NCBI RefSeq assembly: GCF_009914755.1
Contig: NC_060938.1
Source: the human T2T-CHM13v2.0 reference genome, Homo sapiens
Strand: one strand, 5' to 3'
Length of the DNA stretch: 64,000 nucleotides
Below are positions 30,801 to 44,359 of this stretch, piece by piece. The stretch's first letter is position 1, and each line of letters opens with the position of its first letter. Under the pieces are notes generated by a model that did not search any database, was not told the DNA's origin, and worked only from the letters and a program-made list of their open reading frames with translations. Made by a program: the position numbers and the translations under genes.

Positions 30801-33800
30801 TTCGGGTCCATTGCATTCGAGTCCATTCCGTTCAAGTCCATTGTATTCGTGTCCATTCCATTCCATTCCATTCCATTCCATTCCATTCCATTCCATTCCA
30901 TTCAATTCCACTCCATAACACTCCCTGCACTCCTCTGCACTCCACTTTTCTGCACTCCATTCCATTCCATTCCTTTCCAACCCATTCCATTCCAATCCAC
31001 TCCATTCCATTCTATTCCACTCCACTCCATTAAATTCCATTCCATTCCATTATATTCCATTCCATTCCATTCCATTCCCTTCCATTCCAATCCACTGCAT
31101 TCCATTCCATTCCACTCGACTCCATTCCATTCCACTCCACTCCACTCCAGTCCACTCCATTCCACTCCATTCCATTACTTTGCATTGCATTCCATTGCAT
31201 TTTATTCTGCTCTACTCCATTCCACTCCATTCCATTCCAATCTGATCCACTCCACTCCACTCAACTCAAGTCCACTCCAATCCATTCCATTCCATTCCAT
31301 TGCATTCCACTCCACTCCACTCTGTTCACTTCCTTTCCTTCCCATTACATTCCTTTCCACTACATTCAACTCCACTCCACTCCCTTCAGTTCCACTGAAC
31401 ACCATTCCATTCCACTCTACTCCACTTCATTTGACCATATTCCATTCGATTTCATTCCATGCCATTTGATTACTTTCCATTCGATTCCATTCCACTCGAT
31501 TCCATTCCTTTAGATTCCATTACATTCAATTCCATTGCGTTTGATTCCAGTCCGTTAGATTCCATTCCATTCGATTCCATTCCATTGGATGCTTTTCCAT
31601 TCGATTCCAATCTCTAGGTTTCCATTCAATTCGAGACCATTACATTCGAGTCCATTCCTTTTGAGTCCATTCCTTTCGAGTCCACTCAATTGGATTACGT
31701 GCCATTCGAGTCCATTCGATTAGACTCCATTCCATTCCAGTCTATTCCATTTCAATCCATTCCATGCCATTCTTTTCCATTCCATTCCATTCCACTCGGT
31801 TCCACCCCACTCCACTCCACTCCATTCCTTTCCATTCCATTCCAGTGCATTCGTCTCCACCCCACTCCACTCATCTCTACTCCAATCAATTCCATTCCTT
31901 TCCATTCCATTCCGTTCCACTCCATTCCACTCCACTTCACTTCACTCCATTAAATTCCTTTCCACCCCATTCCATTCCACTCCCTTCCACTCCAATTAAC
32001 TCCAGTTCACTAAGTCCATTTGATTCCATTCGATGCCTTTTGATTACATTGCGTTAGATTCCATTCCACTCTTTTTCATTGCGTTCGATTCCATTCCATT
32101 CGAGTCCATTCCTTTCCAGCCCATTCCATTCCACTCCATTACATCACACTTCGTTTCATCCAAGCCCATTCTATTCGAGTCCATTCCATTTTATTCCATT
32201 CTAGTGCATTCCAATCCAGTCCACTCCTCTTCATTCCATTCCATTCCACTCCATTCCATTACACTCCATTCCACTCCACTACACTCCATTCCATAGCATT
32301 CCATTCCCTTCCATTCCTTTCGGTTCCATTCCATTCCACTCCACTTCATTCCATTCCATTCCATTCCATTGCAGTCCATTCCACTCCATTCCACTCCACT
32401 CCATTCCGTTCACTTCCACGCCTTCCCATTCCATTACATTCTACTCCACTCCACTAGAATCCAAGCTACTACATTCAGTTGCGTTCCACATGATTCCATT
32501 CCACTCAATTCCACTCCACTCCACTCCACCTCACCACATTCTATTTGGTCCCATTCGATGCCATTCGTGGCCATTCGATTCTATTACATTTGATTCCATT
32601 CCATTCGATTCCATTCCATTCGATTCCTTTCCATTCGATTCTATTCCATCCGATTCCACTCCATTTGAGTCCATTCCATTCCAATACATTCCATTCGAGT
32701 CCATTCCATTCGAGTCCATTCAATTAATGTACACTATATTCCAGTCCATTCCATTTGAGTCTTTTCCATTTGAGTCCATGCCATTCCATTCCATTCCACT
32801 CCAAACCACTCCATTCCACTCCACTACACTCAACTCCATTCAACTCCACTCCACTCCAGTCCACTACACTCCACTCCATTCCCTTCCTTTCCATTCCATT
32901 CCATTCAATTCCATTCCATTCCTTTCCACTCCATTCCATTCCATTCCATTCCACTCGACTGCATTCCATTCCACTCCACTTCACTCCACTCCTTTCCACT
33001 CCTTTCCCCTCCACTACAATCCACTACACTGCAGTCCAATTGACGCCATTCCAGTACATTCCATTGCATTCCACTCCACTCCGCTCCACTCCATTCAATT
33101 CCATTCCACCACATTCCATTCCACTGCATTTCCCTCCACTCCACTCCACTCCACTTCATCATATTCCATTCGATTCCATTCAATGCCATTCAATTCCATT
33201 CGTTTCTATTGCATTCCATCCGAGTCCATTCCATTCCAGTCCGATCCATTCGAGTGCATTACTTTTGCGTCCATTCCAATCCAGTATATTCCATTCGAAT
33301 CCATTCCATTCGATTCCGTTCCGTTCGACTCCATTGCATTTGAATCTATTCCATTCGATTCTATTCCGTTCGAAACCATTCCATTCTATTCCATTACATT
33401 CCAGTCCATTCTATCCCAATCCATTAAATTCCAGTCTCTTCCATTTGAATCCATGCCATTCCATTCCATTCAATTCCATTCTATTCGTGTGCCATCCATT
33501 TGAGTCCATTCCATTCCAGTCCATTCCATTCGAATCCATTCAATTCGATTCCATTCCGTTCGTTTCCTTTCCATTTGATTCCATTCCATTAGAGTCCATT
33601 CCATTCCAGTCCATTAAATTCCAGTCCATTCCATTCGAATCCATTCCATTCAATTACATTACATTCCACTCCCCTACACTCCCCTCTACTACATTCCATT
33701 CCATTCCATTTCATCGCATTCCTCTCCTTTCCACTCCAGTCCGTTCAATTCCATTCCTTCCCATTCCATTCCATTTCAATCCATTCCACTCCACTCCACT

Positions 33801-36800
33801 CAGTTCCATTCCACTGCCTTTCACTCCACTCCACTCCACTTCATCGCATTCCATTCGATTCCATTTGATGCCTTTCGACTCCATTCCGTTCCATTCCATA
33901 CCGTTTGATTCCATTCCATTCGATTCATTTCGATTTGACTCCATTCCATTCCATTCCATTCAATTCCATTCCACTCCATTTCATTCCATTCCATTCCACT
34001 CCATTCTACTCCACTCCACTAAACTGCACTCCACTGCACTGCATTGCATTCCATTCCATTGCATTCGATTCAATTGCACTCCATTCCTTTCTATTCCATT
34101 CCATTCCATTCCACTGCATTCCAATCCACTCCACTCCACTCCATTCAATTTCATTCCACCAAATTACATTCCACTCCATTCCACTCCACTCCACTTTGCT
34201 GCATTCCATTCGATTCCAATAGATCCCATTCGATTCCATTCATATCCATTCCTTTCCATTCCATTCCACTCTACTCCACTCCACTCGACCTCATTCAATT
34301 CCATTCCATTGCATTCCACTCCACTCCACTCCACTTCAACACGTTCAATTAAATTCCATTCCCCTCCACTCCTTTCAAATCCTTTCCACTGCCCTCCATT
34401 CTATTTCATGTCATTCCACTCCACTCCTCTCTACTCCACTCCACTCCATTCCACTCCAGTCCACTCCAATCCTCTCCACTCCACTCCATTCCATTCCATT
34501 CCATAGCATTCCTCTCAACTCCACTCCACTACACTCCCTTAAATTCCATTCGTTTCCACCTCATTCCATTCTATGCCATTCCTTTCCTCTCCAATCCATT
34601 CCATTCCACTCCATTCCATTCCATCCCACTCGACTGCATTCCATTCCACTCCCCTCCCCTCCATTCCTCTCCATTCCACTCCAATACACTCCACTACACT
34701 CCAATTCAATCCACACCATTCCATTCCATTCCATTGCTTTCCACTCCACTCCACTCCATTCAATTCCATTACACCCCATTCCATTCCACTCCGTTCCACT
34801 CCACTCCACCACATTCCATTCGATTCAATTCGATGCCATTTCATTCCATTCGATTTGATTCCATTTCATTCAATTCAATTCCATTTCATTCCGTTCCATT
34901 CAATTGCGTTACATTCGATTCCATTCTATGCGATTCCATTCCATTTGATTCCTTCCCGTTCTTTTCCAAACCATTCAATTTAGTTCCATTCGAAACCATT
35001 CCATTCCATTCCACTCCATTCCATTCCATTAAACTCCACTCCACTCCAACCTACTCCACTCCACTCCAATCCCCTGCAATTCATTCCATTCCATTCCATT
35101 GCACTCCACTCCACTCCACTCCATTCAATTCCATTCCTTCCCATTCCTTTCCATTCCACTCCATTCCACTCCACTCCACTCCAGTGCTTTCCATTCCATT
35201 CCATTTTATTCCATGCCACTCCATTCCATTCCACTCCACTCCACTCCAATCCATTCCATTCCATTGCATTCCAATCCACTCCACTCCATTCCATTCCCTT
35301 CCTTCTGATTCCATTCCTTCCCATTCCACTCCATTCCACCCCATTCCACTCCACTGCACTCCACTTTATTCAATACAATTCCACACCATTCCATTCCTCT
35401 CCATTCGAGTCTACTCCACTCCACTTCACCACATTCTATTCCTATATATTAGATACCATTTGATTCCATTCCTTTCGATTCCATTTAATTCAATTCCTTT
35501 CTATTCGAGTCCATTGCATTCGAGTCCATTCCATTCAAGTCCATTCCATTCGGGTCCATTCCCTTCCGGTCCGTTCCATAGTATTCCATTCCATTCCACT
35601 CCACTCCACTCCATTCAATTCCACTCCACTCCACTTTTCTACACTCCTGTCCATTCCGTTCCATTCCATTCCTTTCCAACCCATTCCATTCCACTCCATT
35701 CCATTCTATTCTATTCCAATCCACTCCATTCCATTCCATTCTATTCCACTCCACTCCATTCCATTCCATTCCATTCCATTCCATTCCATTCCCCTCCATT
35801 CCATTCCAATCCACTCCATTCCATTCCACTCTACTCCATTCCATTCCACTCCCCTCCAGTCAACTCCAATCCCCTCCATTCCTTTCCACTGCATTGCATT
35901 CCATTGCAATTTATCCACTCCACTCCATTCCACTTCATTCCATTCCATTCCACTTCTTTCCATTCAACTCTACTCCACTCCACTCAACTCCAGTCCACTA
36001 CACTCCATTCCATTCCATTGCGTTCCACTCCACTCCATTCTGTTCAATTCCATTCCTTCCCATTTAATTCCAATCCACTGCCTTCTACTCCACTCCTCTC
36101 CGTTCAATTCCATTGAACACCATTCCATTCCACTCCATTCCACTCCATTCCACTCCACTTCACCGCATTCCGTTTGATTCCATTCGGTGCCATTTTATTA
36201 TATTCCATTCGATTATATTCCACTCGATTCCATTCCGTTACATTCCATTCCATTAGATTCCATTCCATTTGATTCCAATCCGTTAGATTCCATTCCATTC
36301 GATTTCATTCCATTTGATGCCTTTCAATTCGATTCCTATCCATACATTTCCATGCAATTCGTGACTATTACGTTCGATTCCATTCCATTTGAGTCCATTC
36401 CTTTCGAGTCCTCTCAATTCGAGTACGTGCCATTCGAGTCCATTCCACTTGATTCCATTCCATTCCAGTACATTCCATTCCAATCCTTTCAATGCTACAG
36501 CTTTCCATTCCATTTCATTCCAATCCTTTCCACTCTACTCCACTCCACTCCATTCCTTTCCATTCCATTCTACTGCATTCGTCTCCAATCCACTCTACTC
36601 AACTCTACTCCAATCAATTCCATTCCTTCCCCTTCCATTCCATTCCACTCCATTCCACTCCACTCCAATTCACTCCATTAAATTCCTTTCCACCCCATTC
36701 CATTGCACTCTTTTCCACTCCAATTAACTCGACTAAGTCCATTTGATTCCATTAGATGTCAATCGATTATATTGCATTCAATTCCATTCCATTCAATTTC

Positions 36801-39800
36801 ATTCCGTTCGATTCTATTTCATTTGAATCCATTCCATTCGATCCCTTTCCATTCAAGCCCATTCCATTCCAGTCCATTCCATCCCACTCCGTTTCAACCA
36901 AGTCCATTCTATTCGAGTCCATTCCATTTTATTCCTTTCTATTCCATTGCATTCCATTCCACTCCACATGACTCCATTCCGTTCCACTCCATTCCACTCC
37001 ACTACACTCCATTCCATACCATTCCATTCGCTTCCATTCCATTCCGTTCCATTCCACTCCACTCAACTCCACTCCACTTCACTCCACTCCACTCCTCTCT
37101 GCTCTGCTCCACTCCACTCCATTCCACTCCATTCCATTCCATTGCATTCCATTCCACTCCATTCCACTCCACTCCACTCCGTTCAATTCCCTTCTTCCCC
37201 ATTCCATTCCATTCCACTCCATTCCACTAGAATCCAAGCTACTCCATTCAGTTTTGTTCCAACCCATTCCATTCCACTCAATTCCATTCCACTCCACTCC
37301 AGCTCACCGCACTCTGTTCGATCCCATTCAATGCCATTTGTTGCCATTCTATTCCATTGCATTTGATTCCATTCCATTCCATTCCATTCCATTCCATTCC
37401 ATTCCATTCCATAATTCCATTTCATTCCATTACATTCCTTTCCATCCGATTCCATTCCTTCTGATTCCACTCCATTTGATTTCATTCCATTCCACTCCAT
37501 TCCATTCGAGTCCATTCAATTCATATATATTCCCTTCCAGTCCATTCCATTTGAGTCCATTCCTTTGGAGTCCACTGAATTCGAGTACTTGCCATTCAAG
37601 TCCATTCCACTTGACTCCATTCCATTCCAGGCCATTCCAATCCAATCCATTACATGTCCCTGCTTTCCATTCCATTCCATTCCATTTTGTTCCACTTCAC
37701 TCCACTCCATTCCATTCCTTTCTGTTCCATTCCACTGCATTCCTCTCCACTCCACTCAAATCTACTCCTGTCCATTCCATTCTGTTCCACTCCAATGCAC
37801 TCCACTCCACTTCACTCCATTACATCCCTTTCCACGCCTTTCCATTCCAATCCCTTTAACTCCCATTCACTAAGTCCATTCAATTCCTTTCAATGCCATT
37901 TGATTACATTGCATTCAATTCCATTCCATTTGATTTCATTCCTTTTGGTTCCATTCCATTCGAATCCCTTCCATTCGAGCCCATTTCATTCAAGCCCATT
38001 CCATTCCATCCCACTCCGTTTCCTTCAAGTTCATTCCATTCCATTCCATTCCATTGTATTCCATTCTATTACATTGCATTCCATTTCACTCCGCTACACT
38101 CCATTCCTTACCATTCCATTCCCTTCCATTCCATTCCCTTCCATTCCCTTCCATTCCACTCCACTCATCTCCATTCCACTCCACTCCGCTCCACTCCATT
38201 CCATTCCATTGCATTCCTTTCTACTCCATTCCACTCCACTCCACTCCTTTCAATACCATTCCTTCCCATTCTATTCCATTCCACTCTATTCCACTACATT
38301 CCAAGCTACTCCATTCAGTTCCGTTCGAACCCATTCCATTCCACTCAATTCCACTCCACTCTGCCTCACCGCATTCTATTCGTTCCCATTTGATGCCATT
38401 CTTTGCCATTTGATTCCATTGCATTCGATGCCATTCCATTCGATTCCTTTTCATTTGATTCCATTCCATCCGATTCCACTCCATTTGAGTCTATTACATT
38501 CCAGACCATTCCAGTCGAGTCCATTCCATTCCAGTCCATTCCATTCGAGTCCATTCAATTCCAGTCCATTCCATTCCAGTTCATTCCATTCCATTCCATT
38601 CCATTCCACTTCACACCATTCCATTCCACTCCACTCCACTTCATTCAATTCAACTCCACTCCAGTGTAGTCCACTGCACTCCACTTCATTCCATTCCTTT
38701 CCATTGCATTGCATTCCACTCCTCTCCAATCCTCTCCACTCCATTCAATTCCATTTCTTCCCATTCCATTCCATTCCACTCCATGCCAATCCACTCCACT
38801 CCAATCCATTCAATTCCATTCCACCCCATTCCATTCCACTGTATTCCACTCCACTCCAGTTGACTTCACTGCATTCCATTCTATTCCATTCAATGCCATT
38901 GGATTTGATTCCATTCAATTACATTCCAATCAATTCCATTCCATTCGATTCCTTTCCATTGCATTCCATTGCATTCCATTGCATTCCATTCCATTCCATT
39001 CGTGTCCATTCCATTCGAATCCATTCTGTTCTATTCCACTCTATTCCGTTCCATTCCATTCTACTCCGTTCCATTCCATTCGATTCCAATCCATTTGAGT
39101 CCATTCCATTCGATTCTATTCCATTCCAGTCCATTCCCCTCCAGTCCATTCCATTCAAGTCCATTCCATTTCATTCCATTCCATTGCACTCCACTCCACT
39201 CCACTCCTGTCCATCCCAATACACTCCACTTCACTAGACTCCACTTCACTCAATTCCATTCCATTGCATTCCACTCCACTCCACTCCTTTCAATTCCAAT
39301 CATTCCTATTCCTTTCCATTCCACTTCATTACCCTCAACTCGACTCCACTCCATTCAATTCCATTCCTCCACATTCCATTCCACTCCATTTCAACCCACT
39401 TTACTCCACTTCACCGCATTCCTTTCAATTCCATTTGATGCCATTCGATTCCATTACATTCGATACCATACCGTTTGTTTCCATTCCATTCCATTTCTTT
39501 CCATTCCATTCAATACCATTCCATTCAATTCCTTTCCATTCGATTCCATTCCATTCGATGCCATTCCATTCAATTCCATTCCATTTGATTCCATCCCATT
39601 CGGTTCCATTCCATTTGATTCCATTCCATTCGTTTCCATTCCATTCAAGTCCATTCCAATTTATTGCATTCCATTCCATTCCATTCCACTCCATTACATT
39701 CTATTACTTTGCATTCCACTCTGCTCCACTCCACTACACTCCACTTTGTTCAATTCCATTCTGTCCCATTCCATTGAATTCCATTCCGTTCCATTCCTTT

Positions 39801-42549
39801 CCATTCCATTCCATTCCTTTCTACTCCACTCCATTCCACGACATTCCACTCCATTCCACTCCATTGCATTCATTTACATTACACACCACTCCACTGCATT
39901 CCGCTACTTTCCACTCCACTCCAATCCACTCCACACCGTTCAATTCCATTCCCTCCCATTCCATTCAATTCCCTTCCATTCTACACCAGTCCACTACAAT
40001 CCATTCAAATCCATTCCACCCCACTGCATTCCCATCCTTTCCACTCCACTGCACTTCACTTCACCGAATTCCATTCGATTCCATTTGATTTGATTCAATT
40101 CCATTCTATTACATTCTATTCGACTCCATTCCATTCCATTCCATTCCATTCCACTCCACTAAATTCCATTCCATTCCTTTCCTTTCCACTCAATTCCATT
40201 CCATTCCATTGCATTCCACTCTACTCCTCGGCACTCCACTCCACTCCACTCCATTCAATTCCATTCTATTGCTTTCCACTCCACTCCACTACGTTCAATT
40301 CCATTCCTTCTCATTCCATACCATTCAACTCCATTCCACTCCACTCCACTCCACTGTATTCAATTCCATTCCACACATTCCATTCCTCTCCTTTCCAATC
40401 CACTCCACTCCAATTCACCAAATTCCATTTGATTTCATTCCATTCCATTCTATTCCATTCCATTCTATTCCATTCCATTCCATTCAATTCGATTCCATTA
40501 CATTCTATTCCATTCCACTTTATTCCATTCCATTTGAGTACATTCCATTCTATTCCATTCCATGCCTTTCCGTTGCACTCCACTCCACTCCACTCCACTC
40601 CATTCCACTCCATTCCACTCCACTCTCCTCCATTCCATTCCACTCCATTGCATTTAACTCCAGTCCAGTCCACTCCACTCGATTCAATTTCGTTACTTCC
40701 CATTCCTTTCCATTCCACTCTATTCCACTCTACTCCACTACATTCAATTACATTACCCGCATTCCATTCAACTCCATTCCACTCCACTGCACTCTACTAT
40801 ACCACATTCCATTCAATTCCATTTGATGTCATTCGATTCCATTCCGATTGATTCCATTTCATCCGATTCCATTGCATTCTATTTCATTGCATTCTATTCC
40901 ACTCTGTTCGATTCCATTCCGTTCGAGTCCATTCCATTCCAGTCCATTCCATTCGTGTCCATTCCATTCCAGTCCAGTCCATTCCATTCCAGTCCATTCC
41001 ATTCGTGTCCATTCCATTCCAGTCCATTCTATTCCAGTCCATTCCATTCAAGTCCCTTCCATTCCATTCGTGTCCATTCCTTTACTATCCATTCCATTCC
41101 ATTGCAATACATTCCACTCCACTCCACTCCACTCCACTCCATTCAGTTCCTATCCTTCCCATTCCATTACATTCCACTCCATTCCACTCCACTCCACACC
41201 ACCACATTCAATTCCATTCCACCAAATTCCCTTCAACTCCATTCCACTCCCCTCCTCTCCACTTTACCATATTCCTTTTGATTTCATTTGATGACATTCG
41301 ATTCCATTCAATTCGATTCCATTCCATTCGATTCTATTCCATTCAATCACTTTCGATTTGATTCCTTTCCATTCCATTCCTTTTCATTACATCACATTAA
41401 ATTTTATTCACTTCCATATGATTCCATTCCATTCTATTTGATTCGATTCCATTCCATTACATTATGTTTGATTCCATTCCATTCAATTCCATTCCATTCG
41501 AGTCCATTCCATTCATGTCTGTTCCATTCCAGTCCATTCTATTCGAGTCCACTCCATCCCACTTCATTCCATTAGAGTCCATACCTTTCCATTCCATTGC
41601 ATTCTATTCCATTCCACTCCACTCCACTCCTTTCCACTCTACTCCACTCCATTCCATTCCATTCCACTCCATTCCATTCCACTTCACTCCACACCATCCT
41701 AACCCACTCCAGACCATTCCGTTCCTATCTTTTCCATTCCATTTTACTCAATTGCATTGCATTCCATTCCATTCCATTCCATTGCATTCCATTCCACTCC
41801 ACTCTACTCCAGTCCCCTCCATTCAATACCATTCCTTCCCATTCCATTTCATTCCACTCCATTCCACTCCACTCCTCTCCATTACATTCAATTCCATTCC
41901 ACCCTATTCTATTCCACTCCATTCCACTTCACTCCTCTCCAATTCACCGCATTCCATTCGATTCCATTCGATGCCATTTCATTCCATTCCATTCAATTCC
42001 ATTCCATGCGATTCCATTCACTACTATTCCATTTGATCTCATTCCATTCAAAGCCATTCCATTCCATTCGATTCCATTCCATTCCATTATATTTGATTCC
42101 ATTCCATTAGCGTCCATTTTATTTGAGTGCATTCCATTTAAGTCCTTTCCATTCCAGTCCATTCTATACCAGTTCATTTCATATGAGTCCATTTTATTCA
42201 ATTCCATTCTATTCCATTCCACTCCCCTCCACACCTCTCCTCTCCACTCCACTCCATTCCATCCATTCCATTACATTCCACTCCACTCCGCTCCACTGCA
42301 CTCCTTTCAATTCCATTCCTTACCATTCCATTCCATTCGCCGCCACTCCAATACACTCTACTCTATTCCATTCCACTCCATTCCATTCCACTCCATTCCA
42401 CTTTGCTCCAATTCAGTTTGCCACATTCCATTTGATTCCATTCGATTCTGGTTGATTCTAATCCATTCAATTATATTGCATTCGATTCCATTCCCTTTGG
42501 GTCCATCCATTCTAGTCCACTCCAATTCTTTCTATTCCATTCCACTCTG
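3800..42549 (+). repeat. HSat3 sub-compartment B: composite CACTC-rich satellite with a cyclic unit of a few hundred bp
   Basis: The order CACTC-rich tract, then TTCACCGCATTCCATT(C/T)GATTCCATTCGATGCC landmark (e.g. 4731, 8041, 8395, 8849, 28441, 39410), then GATTC-rich tract, then GAGTC/CAGTC-rich tract, recurs throughout. Confidence 0.75.
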
Positions 42550-43452
42550 TTGAGGCCTATTTTGGAAAAGGAAATATCTTCACATAAAAACTACACAGAA
42601 GCATTCTGAGAAACTTCTTCATGAGTTGTGCATTCAACTCACAGAGTTGAACTTATCTTGTCACTGAGCACTTTTGAATCTCTCTTTTTGTAGAATCTGC
42701 AAGTGGATATTTTGAGCCCTTTGTGCCCTATGGTGGAATAGGAAATATCTTCAAATAAAAACTACACAGAACCATTCAGAGAAACTTCTTTGTGATGAAT
42801 GCATTCCTCACACAGAGTTGAAACTTTCTTTTTATTGAGCAGTTTTGAAACACCCTTTTTGCAGAAAGACCAATTGGATATTTGGAGAGTTTTGAGGCCT
42901 ATTGTGTAAAAGGAAATATCCTCAAATAAAAACTATCCCAGAAGCATTCTGAGAAACTTCATTGTGATGTGTGCATTCAACTCACAGAGATGAACCTATC
43001 TTTTGACTGAGCAGTTTTGAATCTCTCTTTTTGTAGAATCTGTAAGGGGATATTTGGAGCCCTTTGTGCCCTATTGTGTAAAAGGAAATATCTTCATATA
43101 AAAACTACACAGAAGCATTCAGAGAAACTTCTTTGTGATGAATACATTCCTCACACGGAGTTGAACCTTTTTTTTTATTGAGCAGTTTTGAAACATCCTT
43201 TTTGAAGAATGACCTAGTGGATATTTGCAGAGTGTGGGGCCTATTGTGGAAAAGGAAATACCTTCACATTAAAACTACGTGGAAGCATTCTGAGAAACTT
43301 GTTTGTGATGAGTGCATTCATCACACAGAGTTGAACCTTTATTTTTATTGAGCAGTTATGAAACACTCTTTTTGCAGAACCAGCAAGTGGATATTTGGAG
43401 AGCTTTGAGGCCTGTTGTGGAAAAGGAAATATCTTCAAATAAAAACTACACT
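42550..43452 (+). repeat. Alpha satellite (alphoid), about 5 diverged 171-bp monomers
   Basis: GGAAAAGGAAATATCTTCACATAAAAACTACACAGAAGCATTCTGAGAAACTTCT...GAGTTGAAC motifs recur at ~171-bp spacing. Confidence 0.97.
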
Positions 43453-43453
43453 G
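43441..43453 (+). other. Left target-site duplication of the L1 (AAAAACTACACTG), at an AT/AAAAA L1-endonuclease-like site
   Basis: Matches AAAAAATGCACTG at 49,479-49,491 at 11 of 13 positions. The alpha monomer resumes in register after the L1 (…CACTGAAACATTCTGAGAAAC). Confidence 0.75.
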
Positions 43454-44359
43454 GAGGAGGAGCCAAGATGGCTGAATAGGAACAGCTCCAGTCTACAGCT
43501 CCCAGCGTGAGAGACGCAGAAGACGGGTGATTTCTGCTTTTCCATCTGAGGTACCGGGTTCATCTCACTAGGGAGTGCCAGACAGCAGATGCAGGACAGT
43601 GGGAGCAGTGCACAGTTCATGAGCTGAAGCAGGGTGAGGCACTGCCTCACTCGGCAAGTGCAAGGGGTCAGGGAGTTCCCTTTCCGAGTCAAAGAAAGGG
43701 GTGACGGACGCACCTGGAAAATCGGGTCACTCCCACCCGAATATTGCGCTTTTCAGACCGGCTTAAAAAACGGCGCACCACGAGACTATATCCCACACCT
43801 GGCTCAGAGGGTCCTACGCCCACAGAATCTCGCCGATTGCTAGCACAGCAGTCTGAGATCAAACTGCAAGGCGGCAGCGAGGCTGGGGGAGGGGCGCCCG
43901 CCATTGCCCAGGCTTGCTTAGGTAAACAAAGCAGCTGGGAAGCTCGAACTGGGTGGAGCCCACCACAGCTCAAGGAGGCCTGCCTGCCTCTGTAGGCTCC
44001 ACCTCTGGAGGCAGGGCACAGACAAACAAAAAGACAGCAGTAACCTCTGCAGACTTAAATGTCCCTGTCTGACAGCTTTGTAGAGAGCAGTGGTTCTCCC
44101 AGCACGCAGCTGGAGATCTGAGAACCAGCAGACTGCCTCCTCAAGTGGGTCCCTGACCCCTGAACCCCGAGCAGCCTAACTGGGAGGCACCCCCCCGCAG
44201 GGGCACACTGACACCTCACACGGCAGGGTATTCCAACAGACCTGCAGTTGAGGGTCCTGTCTGTTAGAAGGAAAACTAACAAAGAGAAAGGACATTCACA
44301 CCGAAAACCCATCTGTACATCACCATCATCAAAGACCAAAAGTAGATAAAACCACAAAG
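43453..44359 (+). promoter_or_regulatory. L1 5'UTR with internal sense promoter and antisense promoter (ASP); YY1 core CAAGATGGC at 43,464-43,472; the only GC/CpG-island-like segment in the window
   Basis: Recognisable L1 5'UTR sequence. The promoter functions come from established L1 biology; activity at this copy is not shown by the sequence. Confidence 0.8.
43689..43904 (-). CDS. ORF0: L1 ORF0, intact 71-aa primate-specific antisense ORF
   Basis: ATG is the complement of CAT at 43,902-43,904. Translation is MAGAPPPASLPPCSLISDCCASNRRDSVGVGPSEPGVGYSLVVRRFLSRSEKRNIRVGVTRFSRCVRHPFL*, 72 codons including the stop. Confidence 0.85.
   Translation of the reverse strand: MAGAPPPASLPPCSLISDCCASNRRDSVGVGPSEPGVGYSLVVRRFLSRSEKRNIRVGVTRFSRCVRHPFL

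Larger units (their letters stand above)
1..42549 (+). repeat. Human Satellite III (HSat3)-type diverged (CATTC)n/(GAATG)n pentamer satellite array; runs off the window start
   Basis: Continuous ATTCC/CATTC pentamers with the typical variants TTCGAGTCC, TTCGGGTCC, TTGATTCC and CACTC. The + strand is almost G-free. It lacks the frequent GATGATTCC units typical of HSat2. Confidence 0.95.

Noticed and set aside
199-42553. Hundreds of ORFs, including 746 aa (20,011-22,251), 622 aa, 600 aa and 583 aa, rich in HSIPF or MEWNG
   Set aside because: These are direct translations of the (CATTC)n/(GAATG)n pentamer, whose consensus has no stop codon in any frame. They overlap in all frames and show no protein-like complexity.
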